A model generated the notes under the pieces. It did not search any database. It was not told the origin of the DNA and worked only from the letters and a program-made list of their open reading frames with translations. Source: Eledone cirrhosa (Eukaryota). Taken from it: a stretch of 64,000 bases of DNA. The stretch spans positions 199,464 through 263,463 of the forward strand of contig CAXHJY010001404.1 in assembly GCA_964016885.1 (NCBI GenBank). Direction: 5' to 3'. Shown here in pieces: positions 39,386 through 52,480 of the stretch (position 1 is its first letter; each line of letters starts with the position of its first letter). The translations under genes were made by a program, and so were the position numbers.

Positions 39386-41061
39386 TAATTCACCTGATCA
39401 ACCTTGTCACACAGTGTTAAACTGATTCTCCTTGAGAATTAAGTTGAAGGTGTATATGTCTGTGGCAGAATGCTCAGCCACTTACATGTTAATTAAATAA
39501 GCAGACTGTTCCATTGATAGAACAACTGAGACACACATTGTTACTTAAATTCACAGAGGTCTATTCCACTAGACCAGGCTTAGAAGCCCTCTGAAAGTCC
39601 TGGCTCAGGCTCATCTCCCAGATCATAACGATAAGTTAAAAAGAAATCATTATCCCTTTTTGTATGTTTTTCATGTTGGCATAGGGTGGATATGTCATCC
39701 CCGTTGGAGTCTGTTCTTATTTGGAGTTACTGCACAGCTCAGAGGACTACATTTTACTTATATGTTCCATTTTTTAGCAAGTCATGGTCTTCCAACCAGT
39801 ATATATATATATATATATCATCATCGTCTTTTTAACGGTTGCTTTCTCTGGTATATGTGTGTGTGAAAGAGAGAGAGAGAAAGAGTACTCAATACCAAAG
39901 TAGAGTTTAAATATTTTTTTATTATGGCTAAGTGGTGATTCTTGTGGCTCTGGAGTTTCACCTGTATACTCACAGGATCATCTGACAAGAGTCTTATATA
40001 TGTGTGTGTGCATGAGTGCATATGCACACAATTCAATTGCTTATCTATAGAAATAGCCACACAGCATTGCTACATTCACACACTATTAAACTGTTGCTCT
40101 ATGTGCATTCTTATACCTATCTATGTCTCTCTCTTTCTCTCTCTCTGTATATATAGTTGCAATTTCTATGTATGTAGTAATTTGTCTCTCTCTGGGGAAT
40201 TCTGTTGTAGTAATATGAATATTATCATTAGTAGTAGTAGTAGTGTTAGTGGTAGCAGCAGCAGTGTGGGGTTGTTTTTTTTGCTATATTGTTGTAAGTT
40301 TCCATTCTAGTCATTACAATGGTGGTAGTTGTGGTGGTACCAATCATGCAGTCATAAATTTGCAGTGGTTTGGAGAGGGTTAAGTGAGGATATGAACTTC
40401 ATGCTTTTCCAAAGTGCATTTACATTACAACCAAAGCAAATAACTAATAATGGTGTTAAAAATAGTGATGGTGGTGCTGCTGATGCTACTACTACTACTA
40501 CTACTACTATTGCCACTGCTGCTGCTGCTAACTAGATCTGGGTCACCTTGCTCTGGTTGTGTAAGGAAATTGTATCAAAGCCCAAATTGATAGTCATCTT
40601 CTGATGATGATGCTGTTGTTGTTAACTGAACCTATGTGGCATATTTAGATGTTTGAAGCCTGAGGAGGAGTAAGTGTGGTGGAGGAAAGACAGAGTGAGT
40701 GAGGGGGTAGTGACATATAAAAGAGGACCCTGGATTGTTTTCTATTAAGCTGTTTGTGTGTGTATGTGTCTGTGTTTTGTGTGTGTTTTGTCAGGTGAAG
40801 AATTTGTATGCTTTTCTACCTTAAGACCTCCACTTTCTTTCACTGATGTGTACATGTGTACACACATACATACACATGTGTGTGTGTATAAATGTTTTAC
40901 TTGCTTCAGTCATTTGACTGTGGCCATGCAGGGTGTGTGTATGTAATGTTGATGAACATGAGAATGAGTAGTCAAGTAGTTTATTAATATTCTTTATTAA
41001 GATCACATGATGAATCTTGTTACTCTGTTCACCTGTATAGCTATGTTGTAAGAAATAATAT

Positions 41062-41107
<46 letters not shown>

Positions 41108-41668
41108 ATGTATGTTTGTGTGTGTGTGTTGGATTAACTGAATTGTGTATCAGATATAAACATTCTATATTTACCTATAAAATGTGTATATTTGTCAGCT
41201 TTTAGATGACTGTATGGAAGCAGCTGTACTATAGAAGAGTGTGGGAAGGTATTGCTATTAGGGGCTGCTCATACTGGGGGAGTATGTGTGTATGTATATT
41301 CAAAATAGTATTTGTTAGATTGCAATGTCTGTGTATATGTATTAATGTGTGTGTGTATGCGTTTCTCTCTGGTTGTTAAGTGTATGTATGTATGTATATA
41401 TATATAATATATATATATTCATGTGATGTTGGAGGAGTACCCTGGTGAAACTCACGAGTAACAAACTCATCACTTAACCATGTGTGTGTGTGTGTGCGCT
41501 TGTGTATATTAAGTATAGAATTTTCACATTAATGTTTTTATTGATTATCAACCATATACATACGTTTCACAGTTGATTGGCTCAAGGTCTATATTTGTGT
41601 TATAGCATTGATCTGTTCATGAGATTTGTTAATCAAGCTAAAATCAAAATTCCATCTGTCTGTGTGTT

Positions 41669-41739
<71 letters not shown>

Positions 41740-42159
41740 AGGTGTGAATTTGTACCCTGCTACCTAAGATGACTGCATCTCTCTCTCTCTCTCCGAAGCC
41801 AGCCAGCCATCTATGGCAAAATATCTATTGCATTCATTGTCTTATTGTCTTGGACTGGAGCCTCTCTCTCTCCTTCGCTTTCTCTTACTTACACCCCCTC
41901 CCTTCCCAGCAAATTTCTAAAAAAAAAATGCTGCTGCTACTACTACTACTAGTAATAGTACTAGTAGTATTTATAGTAGTAATAGTTATGTATGTTATGT
42001 ACACTATGTCTCCCTAACTACTAGTACTATGACATTTCTTACCACCGTTGTCCACCCCCACCCCATTAATTTCATTGTTCCAACCCTATACCCAGCTATC
42101 TTTATCACTTATTCACATATCCAATGTTCTGATATTCCTCCCCAGGATTATCTACATGT

Positions 42160-42213
<54 letters not shown>

Positions 42214-42235
42214 ATATATATATAGTGTATTCAGT

Positions 42236-42360
42236 GAAGGCGGATGGCTGAGTGGTTGGAGAATGGGATTCGCAATCGTGAGGTTGTGATTTCGATTCCC
42301 AGACCGGGCGATGCGTTATGTCCTTGGGCAAGACACTTTATTTCATGTTGCTGGATTTGC
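42236..42360 (+). mobile_element. tRNA-derived SINE family B, 5' part
   Basis: TGGCTGAGTGG A box, TTCGATTCCC B box, then TGTCCTTGGGCAAGACACTT. Confidence 0.75.
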
Positions 42361-43913
42361 AACCGACAGATAGTATTAGCAAAATTGTTTTCTTGGTCCG
42401 ATTTGACGAGCTCTATCCCACTTGTTAAGCTAGTGAGGTCTGGGGTCTTGTTGATCAACCTAATATATCAGATTGGAGGGGGTAAAAACCAACTAGACCA
42501 TTACTCACCAGAAAACTCAATACTTGGGGTATATATAGATATATGAAAAAATTCAGGACCCCGACGGCTAAGCTCCAGCCATTTCAACAGAGTTCGGATC
42601 TAGCTGTCGAAACGGCCGGAGCTCAACTGCCAGGGTCTTGAATTTTTTCATATATCTATATATATATGTGTAAGTTATGGGTAGATTGGAGGGGAGGGGG
42701 GGGGGGTCAGGATATGACCACTGTTGAAGAGGGTTCTCAATACATTAGTAGAATATGGGCATCTTTTTTTTAACTTGTAGAGGACTAGAAGTGTTCCATT
42801 CATATGCAATCATCAGGAATATCAGATAAAATTGGTCAGTATCATTATTTATAGGTTTTGTCGGGATGGGTTTGAAGAGGTGATGGGGGGATGGAAGCAG
42901 AAAAGAAGGTAGATAAGATGATAGGGTTACACGGGTCATCCACGTTATACAAGTCTGGTTAGTTTGCCACACTGTACCTTGCTCAAACAGAACTGTATTT
43001 TGGCTGGGATTTTTACAGCTGGATGCCTTTCTTATCATCAACCATGTTTACAGTATATATATTATATATGTGTGTATATATGTGTATTTATGTGTGTATG
43101 TATATATGTGTATATATATATATATATGTGTGTATATTGGAAAATGTGTGAAATCCTTGGTACAGTTAGGTATCCTCTGCATTCACTGCCTATGATTCAC
43201 TATCATGCAACATTGCACTTTGCACACAGTCAAGAGCTGATCTCAAAAGATTGCAATGAGTGGAAAAATACTGTACTGGAAAAGACCTGTACATCCCATG
43301 CAAGCATCACAATGTAGATGTAAAATGATGCTGGTGGTGGTTTTTATCTATCAACCTACCTACCTTCTTATCTCAATCAGCCAAATGATCTGGCTACATT
43401 TGTTGACTTCATGCGCCAAACTCGTTACCACCAAATATCAGGATTTGACTGGCTGTTTCCTTTTGTGCCAATCCTCTTGGAAACCTCTGGTGTCCTCAGT
43501 CCTGGGGCTGCCATTTTCCTCTTGGTCTGCCTGTACTCTAGTATTACAATCACTCCCACTACTACTACTATTACAGATAAACAATACAACACAACTACAG
43601 CTGCTTATTGGGACCCTCATCATTTTCAGACCTGTCTGACCCTGCCAGTCTAACACTGAGTGAGGGGGTGGAGGAGCGGGGCTCTGACTAACAACAGGCC
43701 TAGCAAACTGCCTTTTGTCAGCATGAGGTCAGTGTGAGGTCAGTATGAGGTCACTCTATCAAATATTGCTACTGAAGAGAGAAAGAAAGAGTGATGGGAG
43801 AGGAAGGTACCAAAACAATAGACTGCTACTTTCTACATACAGTGTGGGTGTATGTATACATGTATATGTTCAAACTACTCTATGTCATATGAATCTAACT
43901 GTGTGTGTGTGTG

Positions 43914-43954
<41 letters not shown>

Positions 43955-44229
43955 GTGTGTGTCTGTATAATAGTAATATTAATGAAGTAAATTTTACTCA
44001 TTTACTAGGTGTACAAATGACACCATTTTTTTATCTATAAATTCCAATTCATTCTAGAAAATACTACTTCCAAATACCTTATAACGCAACTGAGACCATA
44101 TTTTCCGGACTACGATATTCTTTTAACTATATTTATAACTGATTTGTCTTGATATTTTGCTAAGTAATATATATTATGTTTTTGGGGGTTTTTTTCTTGA
44201 GTGATTTGTATTGGTGTTTTAATTAAACT

Positions 44230-44324
44230 CTGATGACACCCATAGTCAATGCTCACTAATGGTAAATTGTTAAATTAAATAATTTGCTATATGTGGTATA
44301 TTGCCGTGGGCAGAAACAATTGTC
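44230..44324 (+). ncRNA. Hammerhead-like motif with long stem II, probably decayed
   Basis: CTGATGA, ~75-nt hairpin, GAAA-CAATTG-TC; stem I no longer pairs; followed by AATAAA and (TA)n. Confidence 0.45.
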
Positions 44325-44362
44325 ATTCATTAAAAAATAAATATATATATATATGTGTGTGT

Positions 44363-44700
44363 GGAGGCATATGGCTTAGTTGTTAGAGCATTGGCCTTGC
44401 AATCGAAAGGTTGTGAGTTCAATTCTCAGACCGGGTGATGTGTTGTTTCCTTGAACAAGACACTTTATTTCACATTGCTCCAGTTTACTCAGCTGTAGAA
44501 ATGAGATGATAGCGACTGAAGTCCCTATCATTCCACTGCAAAGTGGTCGTGGAGGTGCCACGGCAAAAAAGCACCCAGTACTCACTGTAAATGAGGTTGG
44601 TGTTAGGAAGGGCATCCAGCTGTAGAAATCAAGCCAGTATCAGTTCCCGTCCCAACCTTGCAAGCAGGGAAAAAGTGGACGTAAAATGAAATGATGATGA
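44363..44700 (+). mobile_element. Full-length tRNA-derived SINE family B with RTE-derived 3' tail
   Basis: TGGCTTAGTTG A box, GAGTTCAATTC B box; last ~130 nt match the RTE 3' UTR; ends ATGATGATGA in (TA)n. Confidence 0.85.
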
Positions 44701-45395
44701 TATATATATAAGCAAAGAGATATTTAATTTGTTGGTTATTCAACAAATTTATTTATAACAGATTCGAAGCACTCTACAGAATTCTTCTGGAGTATAATAT
44801 CAATGATATTAGTAAATGGAAACTATCTTTATAAAACCATATTTATTTTATTATATATATTTCAAGGGTACCAAAATTTTCCTATGCTCTACCAATGTAT
44901 TGAGTACCCTTTTTAACTGTGGTTACCCCTAACACAACTCTGGAATCTACATATTATATATATATATTCTATCAAATAATATTCATAACAGTTAGCTGTT
45001 TTATATATATGTATATATATAGTTGTAGCTATAACGGGGCCATCTAGCTCCCAAAATACTGTTCTGTTTTGAGCAAGGTACATTGCAGCCAACCTGCCGG
45101 GCCTTTCTTATAACAGTACCACCCAGTTCCATGGTTGGTGTTAGGAATGGCATCCAGCAACCCCCAAAACCCTGCTAAAATACATTCCTGCTATGAGCAA
45201 AGTACGGCATGGCCAACTGGCCAGACTCTCTTCATAATGGGGCCACCCAGTTCCATACTGTAAATGAGATTGGTGTTAGGAAGCACAGCCAATAGGCCAG
45301 GTTTGTTTCGTAACATGGACGATCTGTCTAACTCATGCAAGCATGAAAAAAAGACATTAAACACTGGTAATGATGATGATGATGATGATATATGT

Positions 45396-45760
45396 ATCAG
45401 GCTGGACAGAAATTCTCACTGTTTTTCAAATCTTTATTGACTTGGTAGTTTTTTAACATTAGGAAAATTTTACAAGTGAAAATAATCTCCATCATTCGCA
45501 ATTACCATTTGACATCATTTAAGAAGACTCACAATTCCATCTCTGTAAAATTCTTCTGGTTTCAATACAAAAAATTCCGTCAACCAGTGATTTAACTGGT
45601 TTTCATTGGTGAAAGTATTACTCATTGAGAGAAAACGGTGATAGTATGTAGGTGCGAGATCGAGTGAATATAGCGGGTGAGGCAGAACTTCTCAACTTAG
45701 TTCCAGCGGCTTCTTTTGCTCACCCTTGATGTATGTGGCCCAACATTATCATGAAGGAAT
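45396..45760 (-). mobile_element. Mariner (DD34D-type) transposase relic
   Basis: Minus strand gives HDNVG and EVLPHPLYSLDLAPTYYHRF, a decayed HPPYSPDLAPSDYHLF motif. Confidence 0.75.
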
Positions 45761-46142
45761 CAAACAGGACCGTGGTGTGGGGGCACCTGTGCAATTTGCG
45801 CCACTAATCTGTCAAGTTTATGGTGGTGATTGGTGGGAGCAGCTGAATAGGACCTTGCAAGGGTGGAGTTAATTTTTGCTTGCTGGTGTGGCACACTCTC
45901 TTTAGCAACCGACAATCGCTTGCATTTAACATTAATGTAGAGGCACAATTTTTCATCACTAGTGTTATGTGATGTTAAAGAGAGCAGGGGCAGTTGGGGT
46001 GAGATAGTTTTGTTGTAATATTCTTATGTAATGATAGAACTCAATGTAGTGTAGATTTGAATATCCCATTGAAGAAAAGTGAAATTTGTTTTTGTAGAAA
46101 AGTAGTATCTTATTGCATAGAGCCAGGTATATAATGTTGAAT

Positions 46143-46332
46143 AATTGTTTCTACTTTAGGCACAAGGCCAGCAAATTAACCAGTGCATTACTGGTACTTT
46201 ATTTTATCGACCCCGTAAGGATGAAAGGCAAAGTCAACCTCGGCGGAATTTGAACTCAGATCGTAAAGGGACGTAACTATGCTGGAAAGCATGGCGTCCG
46301 ACCCTCTACCGATACTGCCAATCCACCACCCC
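46143..46332 (-). mobile_element. SINE family A with ~16-bp TSD (TATAATGTTGAATAAT)
   Basis: Duplication at ~46130 and ~46336 flanks the copy. Confidence 0.85.
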
Positions 46333-46608
46333 ATATATAATGTTGAATAATGAAAACCGATAAGACAAGGTGTCATACTTAATTAATCCATTGCTTTTAT
46401 GGTTGTTTTAAAGGGGAAAATAAACTAAGATTTTATCGATATATATTACTAATCAATAGGTTAATACTATGGAATTGCATAACTGCTATCGATTAGTCTA
46501 TATCGATAAAATCTTAGTTTATATTTCCATTTGAAATGACCATAAAACAATGGATTAATTATGTACTTAAACCTTGACTTGTTTATTTTCATTGTCCAAC
46601 GTTATATA
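46333..46608. mobile_element. Foldback MITE (~110-bp arms)
   Basis: Arms are reverse-complementary; a half copy lies at ~25935-26070. Confidence 0.75.
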
Positions 46609-47729
46609 CTGTATGTGTATACATACAGATAAAAAAAGGCATAAACCTGACCACAACACTTAGCGGTTTCTGTATTTATATGTGTATAAACACATACACA
46701 ATCAGATTTTAAGTGGACCTCCTCTAGATATGTTTCAGTATTGGTCCTTGTGTGTACATTATTGTAACACACTGGCCACTCATCACTTTGAGAGGAGGTG
46801 GGGCAGAATTATGTTTGTTGCATGTGTTCTGTTTGTATATATTAGCTTGTTAAGGTATGTGGTACATACATTGTAGGTTCTGTTAGTGTGTAATGTTTCA
46901 TTATTGTCCAAAGGTATCTTTAAGATAGCTACATTCCATCCTTTGCTCCAAATAATAATGATTTCAATAATAGACTCAGCACCACATGTGTGTGGGGTCT
47001 CTTATATTGACCTTAGTACTTGACTAATATTTTATTTTATTGAGTTTAGCAAGATCTATACTCAGAATGTAAAAAGACGTTGACAAAATGCTACGGGACA
47101 TTTTGTTTGAAGTTTTACTGCGGATGCAAATCAATTGCCATATAATACTAGTCATCATTTTATGTCCAGTTATCATGTCACTAGCACTAGAGGGTTGTCT
47201 CCTACCCTTGTGTCAGTGTTTATTTGGAGTTACTACTTTCCTAGACAGCTTGTCTACACTGGATTTTTGTGTTCATGACGTTTGGGGGTTTCAGTCTCAC
47301 TGTTTTGGACATTTGGTGAAGTTCCTTTTACCCTAGCCTAAGGTTTGTGATTGAAATTGGGTTGAAGGAGACTATCTGTTTGGAAGCCCATCAGATAGAT
47401 TGTACCTGTAATTCAAAGGTTGGTACTTTAGTAAATAAATTTTGACTGTGTGGTGTGGCAAGATTGGTAACTTTTGCGTTAACTGTGTTGTGTGACAAGA
47501 TTGGTAATTTTTGTGTTAAATGCTGAAGTTACGTGCTCCAACTTCCACAGTTTAATGTAATTCTCCCTATAAAGTTCACATGATCAAACATTCATAACAT
47601 TTATCATCAAATCCAATGGAAGATCTTTTTTATATTTTTAAGACTTACGTGGTTGTTGTGATGTGTGTTTATATTAATACCTGTTGTTTGTGGTTAACTC
47701 ATTCTCTCTCTTTCTCCTTCATTATTCAG

Positions 47730-47810
47730 CAAAGTCAATCCCCTGGTCGAAGTAGTGGTGTTAGTTCAACAGGAGCTAAATCTCCCTCTCCACAAGCAAT
47801 GCAATATTAT
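47730..47810 (+). CDS. TLK: Tousled-like kinase exon (QSQSPGRSSGVSSTGAKSPSPQAMQYY)
   Basis: Strong pyrimidine tract plus CAG; GTAAGT donor; 81 nt, phase 0/0. SPGRS and SPQ motifs resemble the vertebrate TLK N-terminus. Confidence 0.85.
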
Positions 47811-48109
47811 GTAAGTACATTAATCTCTCTCTTTTTTTAATGACTGTGATCATGCATAGTATAACCTATCTAGCCAGCTAGCTATGGGCTCTGAACCTCT
47901 GGTATCATCTTAGGGGTGCCATTATGAGAAAGATTGAGAGAATCAGCCCTATTATTGGAACTGGTACAGAATGAATACTGTAAAGTATTCTCTCTGACAT
48001 ATTAGCAGCCCTTCCTATTCCCCGTCTATACTTTGTATATATGATATGATAGCTGTAAATTGATTTTTAATTGGTTTTGATTTTTAGATTCTCTTATGTA
48101 AAAAAGCAT

Positions 48110-48385
48110 GAAGGTATGTGGCCTAGTGGTATGGGTGTTGGACTTACGATCATAATGTTGTGGGATCAATTCCTGGGCTGGGCTGTGTGTTGTGTTCTTG
48201 AACAAAACACTTCATTTCAGTATACTCAGCTAAAAATGAGTACCAGCAATAGCTGATGGTTTAACCCTGTGATAGACTGGCGTTCTGTCCAAGAACTGGT
48301 CTTGTACTCTCAGTCGCTTCGCGCTATAAAACCAGGAGAAGCATCAACCTAACAAGTCTTCTGGCCTGAGACAGGCCTTAGCCTT
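48110..48385 (+). mobile_element. tRNA-derived SINE (family B-like head)
   Basis: TGGCCTAGTGG A box, GGATCAATTCC B box, TTCTTGAACAAAACACTT core. Confidence 0.65.
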
Positions 48386-48645
48386 ATGTAAAAGTAAAAA
48401 TTAGTAATTTTGTTTGTTTTATGAAATTTGCTACAGATCACTGATGGTCCATATGGACCATCTTGTGCACCACCACACAAGATCTTCAGCTTAACTCTTT
48501 CATTAACATATTTCTATGAAAGACACTGCCTATGATTTTCAATTAATTATGAAAATAGTCAAGAATTTGGAAGGATTTAGTAACATAACTAATCTTCTTA
48601 TTAAGCTGGTGTTTGAAACATAACTTAACAATGGTTCTTATGTAA

Positions 48646-49073
48646 GATTGATTTCTTTATTAGCCACAAGGGCGCAACAAGAAAGGGGACAATACAAAGA
48701 CATGCCGGGGATTTTACATACAGTCGTGTAAAAAAATATAAAAACAAACAATTTCAACAATCGAAATCCCCAATAGGGGGGAGACGCCACAAATGGGTTG
48801 TTTAATACCCCGTCGATAGAACAACCCTCAACTCAAGGAGCGTGTTGTGCAAGTGCTCCTTTCTTCCTTTTGCTCTCTTCCTCAACCTACAGGCTTATAA
48901 ACAGAGAAGGCCCAATCACTCGGGCCATTTTCGCTTCATTCACCCACCTTTCAGTAAATTTACTGGGGTGCAGTGCCTCTCTCTCCACCCTGATTCTCCT
49001 TCTAAAGTGATACTTAAAGAATGGAATCAATTGTTGTCCGGAGAGAAAGGCATCTGTCCTCAGTCCTCTCTGA
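48646..49073 (-). mobile_element. Tx1/L1-like LINE 3' end (ORF2 C-terminus and UTR)
   Basis: RGLRTDAFLSGQQLIPFFKYHFRRRIRVEREALHPSKFTERWVNEAKMARVIGPSLFISL* (stop at 48887-48889); UTR ends CCCTTGTGGCTAATAAAGAAATCAATC; inserted in a TTAA-type MITE. Confidence 0.7.
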
Positions 49074-49229
49074 GAAGTTTTTAGATAAATATAAACACTT
49101 TAGCTCTTTCATTACTATATTTCTAATGAAAGACACTACCTATGATTTTCAATTAATTTTGAAAATAAGTATTTGTAGGGATTTAGTAATATAACTAACT
49201 TTCTCATTAAGTTGGTGATGGAACATAAC

Positions 49230-49457
49230 TTAACCCTTTTGATACCAAACTGCCTGAAACTGGCCTGGATTTATGCTCATTTTAAAATGTTTATTTTTTA
49301 TATTAAAACCTTCCACCATAACTATTTTTCTTAAGTATTATTCTAAATATCAGCTTACTAATGAAAAACTTAGGTATTTTATTAAATTCCTCAAATGTTT
49401 GCTTATTTTCAAAATTTACTGAAGCACATGGGCAGTGTATGGTAATGAAAGGGTTAA
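49230..49457. mobile_element. piggyBac-like MITE family (TTAA-CCCTTT ... AAAGGG-TTAA); further copies near 9526, 12242, 13400-13830, 16545, 32725, 48490 and 58690
   Basis: TTAA flanks, CCCTTT TIRs and shared internal TTTTCAAAAT/AAGCTGGTGTTTGGAACATAA motifs. Confidence 0.75.
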
Positions 49458-49504
49458 CAAAGGTTCTTACATAAAATTATGATGGAAGGTTTTTAGATAT
49501 AAAA

Positions 49505-49783
49505 AGGAATCAGATGTAGTGTACAAGACAGAAGACTGCACTGGTATGGACGTGTGATGCACACGGATGATACTCGCTAGGTGAAGAAGTGCCAGGAAAT
49601 ACTAGTGGAAAGAAGCCATAGTAGAGGGAGACCTGGGCAGAGGTGGTGGTTGCTGATCTGAAATCGCTGAATTTCACAGAGATTATGAAAGAACACTACA
49701 AGGGGAGGGATGCTGTACTGAAAAAGACACATCCAACCCATGTAAGCATGGAAAAACAAATGTAAAATAATGATGATGATGAT
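49505..49783 (+). mobile_element. Decayed RTE 3' end with (GAT)n tail
   Basis: RRLHWYGRVM remnant and AACCCATGTAAGCATGGAAAA...ATGATGAT end. Confidence 0.7.
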
Positions 49784-49966
49784 AACAGCAACTTCAAAAT
49801 AAGTTTCATATAGATTCCAGGGCAGTTTCTAGTATTAAAAGGGTTTAATTGTTGATATTTTTCACTCTAAATTTGTATTTTTGGTACTTTTTATGGAGGT
49901 GAGGCATGTCTTATAGACACTTTGTTTATTTATGTATTAAAACTTGTTTCCTTGTTTTCCTTTCAG

Positions 49967-50095
49967 GGTTTTGCCAGTGCATCACCACAGAGTAGTCAGA
50001 CACAAAGTCATGGTAGTCTGACCAGCTCTGATAGCATCACATTTCCAGGGCGATCAGCACCAACGACGACGTGCACATGTTCCAAATCAGCACAG
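49967..50095 (+). CDS. TLK: Tousled-like kinase exon (GFASASPQSSQTQSHGSLTSSDSITFPGRSAPTTTCTCSKSAQ)
   Basis: TTTTCCTTTCAG acceptor and GTCAGT donor; 129 nt, phase 0/0, open frame, Ser/Thr-rich linker. Ends in Q, giving Q-TDLT with the next exon (compare TLK QTQSDLT). Confidence 0.82.
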
Positions 50096-50367
50096 GTCAG
50101 TCTCTATGCCCCATTAACACACTCACAGACAGGCTCACATGCTCACACTCCTGATCTTCTACTATTACATGTCACCCTGGGACAGCATTTCTAAAGAAAG
50201 CATTGATAATTATTTAATATCATAATGCAGTGTTGGTGTCACAATAATACTCTTTTCACTCTGTATGACAGTTGGCATTAGGAAGGACATCCAGTCATAG
50301 GAACCATGTCAAATATGGAACATGTGCAATATAAGGTTGCTCCAACCAATTTTTCAGCATTTGCACT

Positions 50368-51410
50368 TCTTCTTCGCCCATTTATTCCTGGGAGGGTTGT
50401 GCGCGCAGAGTCATCAAACACTCCTCCAGCGGGTCCTTTCACAAGTAACCGTCTCCAACTGATCTGGCTGGATCTCAAAGTGAGACCAGCCAAGCTTATG
50501 AATGTTGTCCAACCATCTTACTCGGGGTCTACCCCCGGGTCTCGAACCTGTTGGTTTTGCCTGTAAAATCTGTCCAGCAGTTCTTTCCTGAAACATTCTA
50601 ACCACATGGCGATAGTATCAGGTCTGTGATCTCTTAATTCGAAGAAGTGGCTCTGATCTATGAACTACGTACTCTATTGAGTAACGTTACTCCAAAGGAG
50701 GCCAATTTCAGCTGCTTGTATTCGCAATCGTATTCTTTCGGTCATTACCCAAGATTCATGACACTAATTGAATTGAAGGTAGCGAGTTTAGCTTTTACAC
50801 CTACCTCCCTTCTGATTACCGAATGTTGAAGCTGGCGCAATACTGCGCCAGCTTCTGCAATTCTTGCACTTAATTCAGCTTGCCGCCTTCCATCACTCGT
50901 GAACATGGGCCTGAGATACTTGAACTTCTTCACTTGATTCAGTGGAATTCCATTCACATTTAGAGTGCACTTCACAGGCTTTCTTAAGAGGATGAGTGTC
51001 TCAGTTTTTGCAGCACTGATTTTCATTACAGCTATGCAACACTCTGCATCAAACCTATCAAGTGCAAGTTGGAGATCACCTTCTGTCGAGTTAAGTAACA
51101 CTATGCTGTCAGCAAATTGCAGCCAAAATATTTTACACCTGCCAGTCATGATAGCACTTCCAAGCCGGCTGCACATGTCAATCCTCTTCATGAAAATAAT
51201 GAACAGGAAAGATGACAATACACACCCTTAGCTGAATCCGACTCCCACATTGAATGGTTTCAATTTAGCACTATTTACCCAAATACAGATACTCGAGCAT
51301 TTGTATAGTGACATCAGGGCAGGAAGAAGCTGACCATCGATCTTATACTCCTGCACAACCTTCCGCAGCAGGTCCCGAGGAACATAGTCACATGCCTTTT
51401 GAAGTCTTCA
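50368..51410 (-). mobile_element. Decayed RTE-type LINE (third family, no PHD insert)
   Basis: Track ORFs give LQFADSIVL, QVKKFKYL and GRPRVRWLDNI; a + strand relic of the same family lies at ~11095-11210. Confidence 0.8.
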
Positions 51411-52480
51411 AAACAAGAATATATCTCTTGGCAATATGTTTATATTCTTTGCTGATGTCAATGGTAAAATATAAACATGGAAATACATATATGTGTATGC
51501 ACATACAGAGTGGACTAGATGCATTTTATGTTGGCATTTGCCTCAGCAATATTAAGAGGTCAGTTTGATCCTTAGGCATGTATTGAAGTGGTCATTATGG
51601 TTTGTCTAAGTTCTTATTTAGAGTTACTGTCCTCCTAGGTGGGTCAGGGACCCAAATCGTACAGAAATGCTCTACAGCTGGATATTCTTCCTAACACTTT
51701 ACAGAGTGCACCAAGTACATTTTATCATGACTCCAGCACTAGAGAGGTTGTCATGTCATTGCTTTGTTGCTCGAAAAACACTTATCTTTCCCTCTCTATA
51801 TTGTGTTGTCTTATATGCATGTTCAAGCTATCATGCAACCTGGGCTCAATATTATTCAATTCCACCCTTATCCACAAAATTGCATTGCCCACTGGGTGGC
51901 CAACGAGAAACATAGATGTTTTTGTTAGCTTCTTTGACCAACTTTTATATATATATATGGGTGGTTGGTGACAGGAAGGCCACCGCGATGTAGGAACCTG
52001 CCTGAAAGGGTTAAGAGGACCCTTTAGGTGTGTCAAAGACAACAACCTCTCTAGTGTTGATGATCTAAACGATAAACCCACTCAGTACATGCTGTAAAGT
52101 GTGATAAGAAGGGCATCCATCCATAGAAAACTTGCCAAACAAAGGGTTTGAAGGATCCGTTAGTCATGTCAAGGACATGACACCCTCTCTATAAAAGCAC
52201 CTAGTACATGCTGAAAAGTGGTTGGTGTTAGTAAGGGCATCCAGTCATAGAAAGCTTGCCAAACACGTTGGTTGGAAGATCCTTCAGTTTCTGTCAAAAG
52301 CATGACAACTTCTCCTCTGCACTTAATAATGACTGGGATATCTGTAGACCCATCCAATCCTTGCTAGCAGGGAAAGTAAACATTAAATGATGATGATGAT
52401 ATATATTAACAACAAAATAGTAATAATAATAATAATTACCATTACCATCATAACAACAACTATAATCATAATGATCCAAT

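Noticed and set aside
42236-42310. tRNA gene
   Set aside because: A and B boxes are present, but there is no clean acceptor stem and it continues into a SINE core; the same holds for the other tRNA-like heads.
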